From Paramecium tetraurelia (taxonomy: Eukaryota): a stretch of DNA of 64,000 bases. The DNA is taken from the NCBI GenBank assembly GCA_000165425.1, contig CT868013.1, positions 124,001 through 188,000 of the forward strand. The letters run 5' to 3'. Position numbers and translations under genes: made by a program. How positions within the stretch are numbered: position 1 is the stretch's first letter; each line of letters starts with the position of its first letter. The notes beneath the pieces were generated by a model that made no database searches, was not told the origin of the DNA, and worked only from the letters and a program-made list of their open reading frames with translations. Positions 1 to 13,492 of the stretch are shown one piece after another.

Positions 1-1740
1 AGAATATTTTGATATTACAATTAGCCTTATTCTACAAAACACAAATGAGGTTAATAAACCTCACTTAGAGTGTAAATGGAGAATGTATTCTAAGGCTAAA
101 TTATTTTTCTTTTTATAAAAGGTGAAAGAGAATTCTGTAGTTCCAAACTGAAGTTTTTAAAGAGAAAATCGCAATGTTTGAAAAATACATTATTGGCTTA
201 CTTTTTGAGATCCTGTTTCAATTCTTCAGATAATTCATTCAATAAGGTTTCTTCTTATTACAAATCGATTTCTGCTTCCTCCTTCCATCTAAAGGTCAAA
301 TATTCTCTGATTCTATACTACAAAGAAAAAGGGATATTTCTTTGATGCATATATCTGTTGATGACTCTAATCTTTCTGCTTCTTTCCATAAAATGTTAGT
401 TGATTTCTTTTATTATAGTGCCGATGGCATTAATACTGTACGAAAACCATAAGCAAGCACTTAAGATGAAGAATATTGCAACGATTTTTTCATTCCACGT
501 TTTTGGTATATTATCACCATATCCAATGGTTAGCATAGTGACTATAGCAAAGTAGAATGCTTCTAAATATTAGAGTTGCCATTATTAATGATCCAATTCT
601 TTAAAGATGATCCAGGAATTCCCCTAGTTTAATGAACTGTTGAAAAACCATATACAAGAAAATAAATGGAGAACATAAATCAAATAGATTATCAATTTAA
701 ATAAATTGATGAATGCTTTTTGCTTTTTGGTGAAGTATTGGGATTCTTCACTCTTTTATAAGGTTTAGTTAATTTGATAGTGTTGAGTCAGAGATATTAA
801 TAGCACCAAATATTTAAATTAATTTCCTTCATTTTTAGTAAAGTAGATTAATAAAAATATTAATGCGAAGTCTGAAATTGTCTATAGATTTAAATTCACT
901 TAGATAATTTTCCATCTATCATATACTGCCTATCCACTCAAGTAACAAATAGTATTTAATCTCAATATATTATCAACTATTAATATGATGATAATAGTAA
1001 CTGTGAGACCCAGCAATTTCTCAAATAAAATTTGAGGGTTATATGCAATTTCTAATGGAATTAATATTAATAAAAGCAACCTAAAAACAATAGTGAAATA
1101 GTCCCAAACGATCTTTTTGAGGGATTCAGGATGTACTTATGGGATTTTAGATAGAATCTCATATATAGACTTTCTGCTTTATTAATATTTCTCTCTAATC
1201 CAAATGAGGAAGGGATGTTCATGCGAAGATAGAGTGCTATCACGAAATAATTTGGTGACATTGCGTATTTGAAAATGCTAATGATTATTTAATTTAAGAA
1301 TCTAAATCATCACTTAACTAAATAATATTGATGATACCTATCACTTGAATTATCGTTAATTAATTTGATGTGATTTTCATTGACATTTGATAACTTAGTT
1401 CTATTGTTCCTAATACGTTAGATGAATCGTTTCAGATAAAAATATTTCATTAAATTAGTGCCTGTCTTTTTGCAAGTGTTCTTTTTAATATCCTCATCCT
1501 AGTTGATTAATGGCTTCGTAATGTGTAAACAATTACCTCACAATTTCTACGAGTGTCTATATTTGTTGTTGATTTTATTGTGAAATTATTGGTGCTTGGA
1601 TTTCTTGTCCTTATTCTTGAAACCAAATCCGCTTCCAAATATTCCTTTTCATATTCATTTTGTTGTTCTGCCTATAATTCTATCTGAAGATTCTCAGGTT
1701 ATGAACTTAAGGCTGAAAATATTATATCAGTGCCATTCAT
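1..1740 (-). CDS. CNBD-family (KCNH/HCN-like) 6TM K+ channel, 3' end beyond window
   Basis: ATG at 1740 (MNGTDIIFSALSSQPENLQIELQAEQQNEYEKEYLE). Pore region QYLEAFYFAIVTMLTIGYGDNIPKT at about 500-575. Paralogous to 7405-10624 and 26980-30057. Confidence 0.9.
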
Positions 1741-2361
1741 TTATAAAATTATATACTCATTTAAAATCTATTTTTTTCTTGTTGTTATCCATAGAATTGT
1801 TTTCTTATTCTCAAAATCCTCTAAACCTCTCCTCTTTAATCTTATCATCATATTCTTCCTCCCATTTATCACCAAATTAGAATTGTTTTCACAAATTGTG
1901 ACTTCTGTCTCCCACTTGATTTTTCCCTTCATGTCTCTTTTAAGATTTCAAAAAAAGATGGTTCCCAAAGGACAGACAATATTGTTGCCAAAATATTATA
2001 GATAACATGTGTTCCTCTCAATATAAATGGCATTTTTCTCCTTTCTTTGAACTTGAAGATCTAGTTCAACTTAGTAATTGAATTCTTTTCTCTTTATATA
2101 ATCTAGCTTATTTATATTGCCATCTCTATAATTATAGGTTTCAATGATCTTATCCAATTTTTACAACCTTTCTCCTCTATTGTAATTCTCTTTTTACCTT
2201 TTTAGTCTGATTTCTTTAACTTTTTGCTGAATACAATCTTACTTAATCTACTCTCATTTTATAAAAATTTAAATTTCCTTATATATGTGGAAATATAAAC
2301 ATCCACGTAGATGGATCCATTCTTTTAGTATGCTTATTAATAAATAATATATTATTGTAAT

Positions 2362-3617
2362 ATGTTAAAACAAACCAAGGATAAGTCACTTTCATAACTA
2401 ATAGTAGAGTTATAATAGAAATATTAAGATGAGAATGACCAATCGAATTTATTCTAGAAACTTTATCAATAATAAGTGGAATAAGAAAGTTCTACAGAAT
2501 CATCCAATATTGTTCCTCCTATTTTTTCGGGATCTACTGGTTCCTAATCCTCCAATTCATAGGAAGGTATAAAACTTCTTGTATAAAGGAGTGGAAAAAA
2601 AAATAAAGAAAGCAAAAAAAAGTCAAAATCCTAATAAAGGAACTCAGGATGAGAAACAACTTTAAACAGAGACAAAAGATAAAAAAACTCTATTAATGAT
2701 CCGTAATAGAATATCAGCATAAAATTCCAGAGATAGGAAGAAAGCCTACCTCTAAAATTTGGAAAGGGATTTTTAAAAATAGTCTCATTATCTCCAAGAA
2801 TTAACAGAATAGGTTAGTCAATTACAACAGTAATTGGAAGAAGCTCAAAAACTTAATTAAAATTTACAATCCTATTAGTAGAATCTACTTTGTGTAAATT
2901 GTGGTAGCAAGCAATTTGTCTTTGAAGAGGAAGCGCCTATTTCTGTTTCCAAGAATAGAACATTGGGCAATTTGGGATTTTCATTCATAGTTATACTCAC
3001 TATTTTTGCTTGTCTCTCTATTAACTTTGATACTACGCCTTAAAACTTAAATATTTCTCCATAAATATAGACAGAGAAACCGTTCATCAAAGAGATAAAT
3101 AATACAGACCAGCATTATGGAATCTTGAAGTAGGTTGAAAATAGTAGGATTAAAGGGGTAACCTAACTAATGGATTACAATTCAGAATACAATTACAAAT
3201 TGTATGATACTACTTATGAGGCCAACTTAAATACAAAAGTTAGTTTTGTCAACGAAATGATAAATTATAATAAAGAGAGGGCTAAGTAAAATAATGGTTA
3301 GGCATTAGCCCCTCTCAACTATCATAAACCATAAGTAGATTCATTTTATTGTCCAACCGTTTATAAGTATGACAACCAAACTTAAAAGTAATTTAATATA
3401 ATAAGTTAGTAAAATACAGGTCAAATACTAGGATGAATAATGGATTCATTTAGTTATTCCAAAGAATAATGTCAACATATTTTATCAAAATTAAGATAAA
3501 TCAATCATATTGAAAGAAACATATCCAGATTAAGATGTTGATATGAGAGAGAAGTATTAGGAAATTTGGTGTTAAGTTAAAAGTAAAGATGACTTTTATC
3601 TTGAAACATTGATTTGA
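2362..3617 (+). CDS. Membrane-anchored bZIP transcription factor (ATF6/CREB3/bZIP28-like architecture)
   Basis: Ciliate code, 2 short introns (2567-2588 and about 3388-3409). Basic region RNRISAQNSRDRKKAYL, leucine heptads, hydrophobic segment LGFSFIVILTIFACLSINF, TGA at 3615-3617. Confidence 0.85.
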
Positions 3618-4077
3618 TGAGGTAGACATCTACTATCAATTATTATAAATAATTTATAAAAATCAACACTTTTATTTTTTTAACTTCAAAAGCGATGTTA
3701 TCAAATTTAATTTATTTTCTTCCTTCTTTTATTTTTCAGTTTTATTTGAACAATGTTTATTTTTTAATTTTAAGAATCAAGTTCAATATGATTATCAATG
3801 CAGCTTTAACTTTCTATTTATTTTATTCTTTAAATTTCTTTAGACCATAAAAGGAGTTTGATAGCATAAGATCTCATCAAGTTAATCGCCCCTCAAATTT
3901 TATATTCGGAGCCTATTTTCAAGGTAGCCTAGTTTATTTGTATTATTAAATTATATTAAGAAAATAAGAGTAATATATTTTATAAAATCAAATAGTTAAT
4001 TTTTTAAGAATATTAATTAAATAAATAGTTGTTGTTTTGTTTTGGTTGAGAAATAGGGAAAATAAAAATATGGAATT

Positions 4078-7016
4078 TCACTTTTATGCAGGACTATAGA
4101 GGCTGGGTTTTATCTTTGATTTTCTAATAATACTCTGAATATGATCTGATCTGAATGATTTTTTTGGTTTTTTAAGTTTTTATAAAATCTTATCGAGATT
4201 GGAATTGGTAAAGTAATAAGTAGTTATGAAATACCTGTCTAATTCAAAATCAATTCTTTGATATTGGTTATCACCTTACTTAGAACTGACTACCTCATCC
4301 AATTAATTAATCATATTACTGCCAACAACCTCCAATTTTGATTAGGTTTTAGCTTGTAATTCTAAATCCATATTAGAATATGAATTTGAATTATTCTTGC
4401 GTAATTTTGGAACACTGGAATTTTAGACAGAAATGGGTTGATTTTAATAATTTTATTCTTGAGAAATTTAAGAGATATTAGTAAATCTATTGTTTGATAT
4501 TCTGGTTAATCTTTAAAAGGTTTTGTGTCTGTTATCTGCCTTTCTTTTGAATGAATTTTATGCTCTTAAGACTTTAGGTTCAGGTTCAGAGATCTCTTAA
4601 AATTTGACCTTCTTTTGATCTATACTTTATAAATGATTATATCTAGATGATTTTGGGGTTTTAGTTTTATTTAATTAGATTTCTGAATCATGATCACTTT
4701 CTGAGGAGTCACTACTAAATTATTCAAAGCCTGTAAGTCCTTTATGTAAAGATTTAGTAGATTTTTGACTCTTAATGGTTTTAATAATCCTTTCATTTTC
4801 ATCATCATCCATATTGAAACCTAATGTATCCAAATACTAATCAGTTAAATCATCTATTTAAATCATATTATCATTCACAATTAATGCCAGAGCATGTTCT
4901 CGTATGATGTTTCTTTAAAACAATTTTTTTGCAAAGGTTCTTTCATATTATTTTCTATTCATGTCTTCTGATATCATAAACTTTTTTCTTATTCTATCTA
5001 AATTGAAATGAACAAAAACTAAGGGACATCTAGATTAATTTATTCAATTTACTTTTTAAATTAATGTGTCCATTTACATATATAACAAACTTCACCATAG
5101 TTCTATTTTTCTTCTGTAAACAACATCTAATCTCTGAGCATGCAATAATTTTCTTCTTCCAGTGAATCTTCTCTAATGATTCTTAAGAAATCATCATAAC
5201 TAAAATCATTTAGATAATTTATTACTGTATAAAGGCAATTTGACAAAATTTAACTGATCTAATTGTATATTCATATCGAGCTTATGTAATGAATTCTTTC
5301 TCTCCAACAAATCTGCCTTTCTCTATTTTACTCAAAATGGTTTCTCTCAATTTTTAATCACCTATGTATTAAGATTGTATATATACAAATCAAGCTTAAC
5401 TCTCCGCTTTAGAGGAAAATTAATTTGTTAGCTTATTCATTTTAATACGCAATAATCTCCTCAGGTGGCACTTTCAATTCATGGACAAAAGAACATAATT
5501 TTTATACACTTTTTAGAGATAAAGTTTATTTGATGAGTCTTGACTTCTTTAACATTTCACAATACATGTCTATTGCAACTTATTCTTTTAATTTCTTATC
5601 TAGATTGAGCATCATTTTTTCACCAAATTCATTATATTCTTATTCCATTTTCAGAAAATATTCGAAATACTTCCTCACTTGTAACATTAATTATTTATTA
5701 ATTTTCTTTTTCTTTAAGAAGCTATTGATATGCATCATTTATTATTTGAATAATTCTTCCTTTTCAGTAAGCTATTTTAATATATTTCCAATGCTAGATA
5801 TAGTATATCCAAACAATCCACAAATAACCATCGCCATTATTATAACATAAATTCTTTCAAGATCTGTCTGAGGAACTATGTCCCCGTAACCAATTGTTAA
5901 GGTTGTGATTGTACTAAAATAAAAGGCATGAATATATTTAGTGGACCATTCTGCTTCAGTAATGTTTTTAGCAATCAACCAAGAATTTTATTTTGACTCT
6001 AATTCCATTTCTCCTATCAGATTCCACAAACAGGCACAAAAATGAGATACAAATAAAACTAAGAAGATGGATTTGAATAACTCTAAAATTGTTTACACAT
6101 TATTAGATGGATTTGTGACTTCTTCAATTGCTTCAATCATAGACTTAACTTTTGTTACTCTTAGCAATAATATGTATTCAGTATAAGGCACATTATAAGA
6201 GGATAAGATAAATGGTATAACAATCATCAAATCCCATAACAATGTCGTGTTGGCATAATGTTTAAGAATTTATTATTTATCTCTATGAATTTGTCCTTAA
6301 CTATAATACGCTGTGAAGAATGTCAAAATTATATCAATTACAAATGTCCAAGAAGGCAAAGTTTCTAAAAATATCCCAGACAATATATCTTCTCTTTCAA
6401 AGTCAAATCCCAATTTCATTGGAATGTAAAAGATATTGATGATAATTTGGGTTAAAACAAAAATATCCCAAAGCACTTTTATGATAGAGTCTGGATCAAG
6501 CACAGGTATTTGATTTATAAGCCACGTAAATGATTTCATCACTTATTCGACTTTATTTAATTTATGGAGTAATATATCTGAGTCGCTAGCTGCATCAGAG
6601 ATTAACGAGACAATTTAGTTTGTTAATGACTTAAACTTTACTTCAGTGGAGTAGGTTTTCATTTGCTTACTAAATTTGGTAATGTAGAACATGATTCTTA
6701 ATCCACCATGAACCCAGAGATTCACTTTTTATTTTGTTTCTACATGAAGCATGCTTCTGCTTTCTTCGTCTTGATCTGGATCTGGACTCAAGCAGTCAGC
6801 TTTAAAGGACTATTTTTCTGGCAATTATAATTCGATTTTTCTATTTGAACACAGGTTCGGCTCAAAGGATGCGTCTTCGCTGTTGTTATCACAGTGTGGT
6901 ATTGTAAAGTCTTAGCGAAATTTCAAAATTCCTTTGACTGTTTGACTCTTAATATAAAGAAACACTTACTTCCTCTGTTTTTATTGCCTTAAAACTGAAT
7001 CCAATAATTAGGACAT
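4078..7016 (-). CDS. CNBD-family 6TM K+ channel
   Basis: S1 IKVLWDIFVL, pore YIHAFYFSTITTLTIGYGDIVPQT, C-linker and CNBD (KGRFVGEKEFITQARYEYTIRS), stop TGA at 4078-4080. Start about 7016 (first intron boundary uncertain). Confidence 0.9.
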
Positions 7017-7404
7017 TAAACAAAAAATATAATATTTACAATTATTAAGAAGAAAGTTAAATAAAATTAAATACTAGAGGAAATAAGGAATCAACTCAAT
7101 AACTGATAATATTTTTGAATAGATTTTGCCCATTTTTAAATTATCTGAAATTCAGAACAATTTGAAAAATAATATTATATAGTTAAATGTCATAATTTAT
7201 TGAAAATGAATTTTCATACCTGAAATCAATAATATATTTTAAATTTGTTGTTTTCTGTTTAAATAACAACTTATTAACATTTCTATTCCATAACAGTTGA
7301 AATTTACAAATAATTATTTCATATCACATGTGGTTAGCAATCATTGTGATTTTCCAATACTAGATTTTTCTCGTAGTTTCTCTCAATTCAAGATTTATAA
7401 ATAA

Positions 7405-10400
7405 ATGTAAAAAATTGATCAAAATCACAAATACAACTTCGAATTGGATTTGGAACTCAAAGCTGTATAAAATGAGGATTTTGAGTAAGAATATTTAGAA
7501 CATTGCTTAAGAGATACTCGTAGATAATTATCAATAAGCAATAATCAATATGCTCATAATCGTACAAAAAGTGATAAAAGCAACGATGGTTACGATTTCA
7601 GAACGCCAAAATTAACAACTCACACAAATCTCAATAACGCTGTCACTTCTGAAGCTCAATAAAGTCACGTAATAACGCCTAAGTAGGTAAATCAAGAGAA
7701 ACCAAAAAGTACAGGGTCTAGCATTATGCAATTCTTTTTTATAAGACGTTTTTTGGAAAAACTTACCTTTCAAAGTAAAAGATTGTAGAATTTAAACCTC
7801 ACCCATTTAAATCTTATAGATGACAAAGCCTCAGATAAGTAATGATATTTTAATAATTCTGTAGAGCTAGCCTGTTAGCTTATAAGTAAACAAAAATTTA
7901 AAAAGGATTAACAATCAATTAGTTAAATAGAATTGTGTAAACGAAGATAGCAATAAAAGAGAGAAAGTGGGAAAGTTTTAAGAGAAATCTACAGGAAGGC
8001 AAACAAAAAGCCATAAGATAAATAACAAACATGGCCAATAAAATACCACTAGTACAACCAGAGGACGATTTCAAACTCTATTGGGACATTTTCGCTTCGT
8101 TATTCAGAGTGATCCTCGTTCTTCTGGTGCCATTAGAAATCTCATTCCATACCTAAATTCTATTTCAGAATTAAATAGGACTAACATTAACCATCCTATT
8201 TATCTTGCAATTAGATTTGTTCATTAGGATCAACACTCTCTGTTATGAAAATGGAAAGGCGATAACAGATCGTTGGGAGATCATAATTCGTTAAATTAGT
8301 AAATCTTGGTTTACTGATTTCTCATTAATAGTAATAATAGTGGTATTTTTATTCAATTCCAATGCCCAAGATGCCTATGATTTGTTTTTGCTCATTTTGT
8401 TGACTCAATACAAACATATCTTTGAGGCTCTGTCAAAAACAGATCAAATCTCCTATTTCACTAGACCTTAGAGAGGAATAATAGGATTAATCAAATTTAT
8501 AACCAGTTTATTTTATATCATGCACATATTTAGTTGTATTTGGTTCTGGTTCAGTAGTATTGATAAGTCTAATTCATGGATTTTAACTAAAGACTTAGAT
8601 GGGTAGACTTGGCAACTCCAATATTTGGAATCAATTTACTTTGCAATAGTGACAATGCTCACAATAGGTTACGGAGACAATGTGCCAAAAAATTCAATAG
8701 AGAAAATTGTTGCAATAATATTTATATTGGGTGCTTGTAAATTATTGAATTAATTATGTAAGGTTTATGGTTCTCTTACAGTATTAATTTTATTGGTTCA
8801 ATAATGAATGATATCACTCAGAATCAAGTGGAGAGGAGTTAAAAGATGAGAGTCATCAATAAATACATGACATAAAGGAAGATTCCATTTAGTCTGCAAC
8901 ATCAGTAATTTGTAATGATAATCAATTTTAGAGTCAAGGAATACCTAACGTACAGGTGGAAAGAGGATGATGAAGTTGATTTGCAGATGGAGCAACTCTT
9001 GTTAGAATAATTATCTGATGAATTAAAAGAGGAATTGGAGAAGTAGGCTTACAAAGTCTTTATCCAAAAATCAGAATTATTACAAAAACAATTTTCCTTG
9101 GAATTTCGAAATGCCTTATTTAAATCGATTAAGCGTAAGATTATTTAGCCATAACATACATTTTAAAGTGAAATCAATGGACTATAGCACCTTTGTTTCG
9201 TAGAGTAAGGTGTTTTGCTGTATCAACATAAGGATAGAAAACAGAGATCTAAAATGAATGCCTCTGTTCATTAAGGCTAATTCTTTTGTGTAAGAGAATT
9301 CCTTATGCAAACCCCAGAATATGAAATCTTCAAAGCTCAAAGTTATGTCAGTCTACTTGTCCTATCTAAATAAGATTTCTTAGAAACATTGCGAGATTTT
9401 CCAGATGATTTTCAAAAGTACTGTTAATTAAGAGATTCCTACTTATTGGAAAATGAAAATTGCTAAATTCAATTCAGCAGTTTCTGTCCTGCTTGTAATA
9501 ACTTTGATCATTCTTTGAAAAGTTGTTGCCAGATCTAAATGATTCCCAATAAAGAAGTCATCATTAAAAAACACTAAATGACTGGAGAATAAAAAAGAGA
9601 AGTCTACCAACGTAAAAACTTCGATAAACCAATTCAAACTAGGGCAGAATTAACATATGTTTAAGAATGTGCCCTTTACTTTTAAACGGAGAATCAAAAT
9701 CAAATCAACGAGTAGTCAAAACTCTAATTGGTGTATGATCAAGAAACTGAATCATATCAAGGCAACTCAGAAATACATAATGTCTATGATCCTATGCCTT
9801 CTCTCAATATCTTCCAGATCAACGAGATTTCAAGTCCTCTCAAACCTCCATAAAGCAAGACTTTTCCTAAAGTGGAATTTGATGAAGAAAAATAAAAGGA
9901 AAAAAGTGAAAATTAAAAAAGCACTTTGCTCATGGCTCAGAGTTAAAGAATGAATAGAAAGGGTTCTGTACCTTCAAAATTACTTTAAAGAAGAAATACA
10001 AAATCCCCCTCTATATTATTCTCAATGAATGAGATTGCTGAAGAAGCTAATGAAACTACTTTAATTCAGCATGAGAGTGATCGCCTCAAAAATGTGAATA
10101 ACTTCAACTATTATATGAAAGAGAACATAAAAATGTTATACAATAAACTACTAAAGTTCTCAGATGATAAATCTCCTCCAGTCCATTTAGCTATAAATTC
10201 ACTCCAATATATTTATTGGAAGTATAATGCAGTTACAGTTGAAGATTTTGAATCCATATTCAATTATGATCACTACTTTTCTCAATAAAACTCCATGAAC
10301 ACCATAGATATGGCTAATAAAAATCAGCATGCTTGGCAATAAGAAATCATAAGTAAATTTTCTAAATATCTTTATTTTCCTTATTAATTTATCAACAAAT

Positions 10401-10624
10401 TCTTGAAACTCAAAAGACTTTAGTAATAAACTGCTGCCATAAATGCGGCATCAAAGTTCAAAAAAATTCAGAAAAAAATCTGGTTAATCCAATTAAGAAA
10501 TAATTTGTCTTCAAAAAAATTGATTTCATCCAGTAAAAATATAAAATTAAACAAATCAAAGATGAATTCGATTGTTCCATATACTGGTGAGAGTTTGCAA
10601 TCTATTTAAATAAGCTAAAGTTGA
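7405..10624 (+). CDS. CNBD-family 6TM K+ channel
   Basis: ATG 7405, FKLYWDIF (S1), pore QYLESIYFAIVTMLTIGYGDNVPK at about 8620-8690, C-linker/CNBD-like domain, TGA 10622-10624, several ~25-nt introns. Confidence 0.9.
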
Positions 10625-10681
10625 TTAATTGATAAGATTTATAAGTTCTTAAATTTATTGTTATATATAAAATAAACACAT

Positions 10682-11760
10682 TCATATTTAATCTATCTAT
10701 ATTTCAGATTCTTCTTGAATGACCATTACCTATTTTTTAATGTATTTCTTAGGTGAAGATTATGGCTCAAAATAGTTTAACATCCTCTAACTCTTCGGCG
10801 ATGTTGCTTCTCCCCCGGTCGATTATCTTGTCCTGGGGGATCTTTGAAGGTACTCCTTCTTTGTTTCAGTTTTACAATCATGTTGTATTAGTTGGGTTTT
10901 ATAGTACTCAAATTATTGTTAGGTCTACAGGGGAGACAGAAGACTTTCTTTCGGGTCATATAGGTTTCGAAATTAATGATAGTATATCATTCTCTATTCA
11001 ATGAAATTAATCTACTATATACAAGGTTATTACTTCTCTTAAGAGTTCATACATCTCAACATTTTAGATTTTAGGGTTCTCTTTCTAGATTAAGATCATG
11101 GAATTTATTAAATTCTTTTGAAATCCTTGAATTTCTTAATACAAATTAAAGGATAATCTTTATAGTAGTATATCATAGGGGTAGTTTAATAAAGCTGTCT
11201 TCAAATTAGATACAAGAGAGAGAGCCACATTGACGATATTTATGATTTTAAAACTGTCGATTACAATGCTAAAGAAATATATGTTTGTGTTAAATACTTA
11301 GAATTTTGTTATTTTCTAAAAATGCAGGTTTTGTAACTTTTAATCTCTTTTTAGCTGATGGCCAATTTTTATAAGTAAGATAAAAATGGAATTTATATAT
11401 TAAAGAGTAACCAAGTTTCGTAATTTCTATGGCTGTGTTTGAGTAAGCAAAAATTTGTTAATCGTAAAGTAGTAAATAATTTAGAGAACTCTTCATTTGA
11501 ATGAATAAACTAATGAGTGATAATTAGCATTTTCATTTTAGTATTATAAGTCTACATCTCCAAATTGGAATAGAACTCAAAAAAATCCCTGAGATTTCTC
11601 TCTTTAATCATATATTACAATAGAAACTCAAAGTCCTCTTAATGGTACACTTAATTGTCTTTAGTGAGGCAACTCTGCTTTAAGAATTGAATGAATTCGG
11701 AATCTTACTTGAAGATTTCCCTTAATTTTTATATCATTTATTAAATTTTCCAATCAACAT
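10682..11760 (-). CDS. Hypothetical protein, N-terminus weakly ANTH/ENTH-like
   Basis: Continuous ciliate-code frame MLIGKFNKMIQKLREIF...SCLTKDNQVYHQED...TKMKMLIITHQFIH with short introns. Domain call is by motif resemblance only. Confidence 0.5.
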
Positions 11761-12562
11761 TGTTTAAAGCTATACTATTCTTTATATTATTTAAAAACGA
11801 AAATCAAAAAATTTATATAAATTCATATTAATTACTATATATACAAAAAAAGCATAAATTTACTGAATAATAAGGAGAAATTAGAGGGGAACAAACCAAA
11901 TTAAACAGTTTTATATATGTTATATATAAAAACCAAAAAAGAATTTGCAATAAAAACCAAATTAGGATTCGTGATGTTGACATCTATATATCCGGTTGGT
12001 TTAGTAAAAGTAGAAAGAGATATTCTTAGAATATATTAATAATTATTTTAATTTATTTTCAACTAAAATGCGAACTATAGATTAAATTAATTAGATAGAA
12101 ATGATATTATGGTTATTTTAATAGTTTGATACAATCAAAGTAGCAATTTAATAATAAGAAGTTAGATTTGATTGAAAGATTATTTTATTTAATTAATAGA
12201 GGCATTTATCAAGAGATATCGAATATGTTGGATAATTACAACAGAAGTTCTCTCTTGGTTAATATATAAACTCTAATTATTTTTATAAATTCTATCTTGG
12301 TGTTTCAATATATGATTGATTATCGAGAATAAATCAACTTAATAAAATTTAATATGATATAAGGTGAAGATAAATAGGGATAGAAATGGATTGCTAAAAT
12401 AAATATAAAAGAAATAAAACAATTAAATTAATTTATACATGAAATTGTGGCATTAATAAAGAGTAGTGTAAAATAAAAGGGGGGAGTTGTTGCGGGTTTG
12501 GAATATATTTGATAATAATAATTAATGCATTATATTTATCTTAATTTTCAATAATTAATTAA

Positions 12563-13340
12563 ATGGATAATTATTTCACAATCATCAGTTTACTAGGATT
12601 GAGAAACTAAAATCTTCCTCCCTTCAGGTTTGAAATGATAAATATTATTACAGAGAAGCTCGTTTGAAGAGGTACAGATCAATCAAGAAGATGGTTGAGT
12701 TGATAGAAACTGCTGGTTGGACTTAGCCAAAAGTGCCATTCAATGCTTTTTGCTTGAGTTCTTAAGATCGTACATTTATAGTGTTATTTCTCCTTTAGCT
12801 GAATGGGAAGATGACATGACCTATCCAGTGATTGAATATAATAAGTTTGGCTATTAGGCTATGGCCTTCGGATTGAATTTAGTATAGAGATGTCATTAAT
12901 ATTATGATAGTTCCTTTATGCCTACAATTACAATGTTATTACACAAAACATAAGATTTAGAACATTTAGATACTTGTTTCCAGTGGTCTAATGTTTCATT
13001 TTTGGAAGAATATACTTTGAATATAAATCTGAATTGACAAAGGTGAATTTGTTTGATGAGTATGTTCAATTGAGAGCTTAGGAATTAGTAAAGGAGAATG
13101 AATTCTTATTGGAACACGAAGGTATGAATATAAGTGAATTACTTTATAGACATCAAGAAATTCGTCTGGTGGTATGAAGATTACAAAGAGACCTTGTGCA
13201 GAGTTCATAGACAAGCTAATGATCATGCTGCGACAGATTTTAAAGATTCTGAATTGATTTTGTAAGATTTCATTAGAAGATATACAAATCCAAATTCAGC
13301 TAGACCACTTAATATCTAAGAGAAGGGTGTTTTATTCTGA
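12563..13340 (+). CDS. Ciliate-specific mitochondrial ATP synthase subunit (similar to Tetrahymena ATPTT7, from memory)
   Basis: 4 short introns. MDNYFTIISLLGLRNQNLPPFREARLKRYRSIKKMVELIET...EWEDDMTYP...KVNLFDEYVQLRAQELVKENEFLLEHE...RVHRQANDHAATDFKDSELILQDFIRRYTNP. Gene model is solid; the identity is recalled, not searched. Confidence 0.65.
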
Positions 13341-13492
13341 AAATATTATTCATTAATACAAATACATAATGTATAGTATGTTTTATTATATTAATATGTA
13401 TGTATTATCTCTGTCGTTTAATGAGTGATTTGGAGTGCTCGATTGTTGTAATCCATTATTATACATTTTATATGTTGTACAGATAAATATTC

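Noticed and set aside
1596..2340. Track ORFs 1596-1880 and 1730-2005 and possible minus-strand mini-gene
   Set aside because: The + ORFs partly shadow the channel N-terminus; minus-strand frames all hit TGA and I could not build a consistent model.
3620..4077. Short open frames between the bZIP and channel genes
   Set aside because: No recognisable motif; with a single stop codon, such frames are expected by chance.
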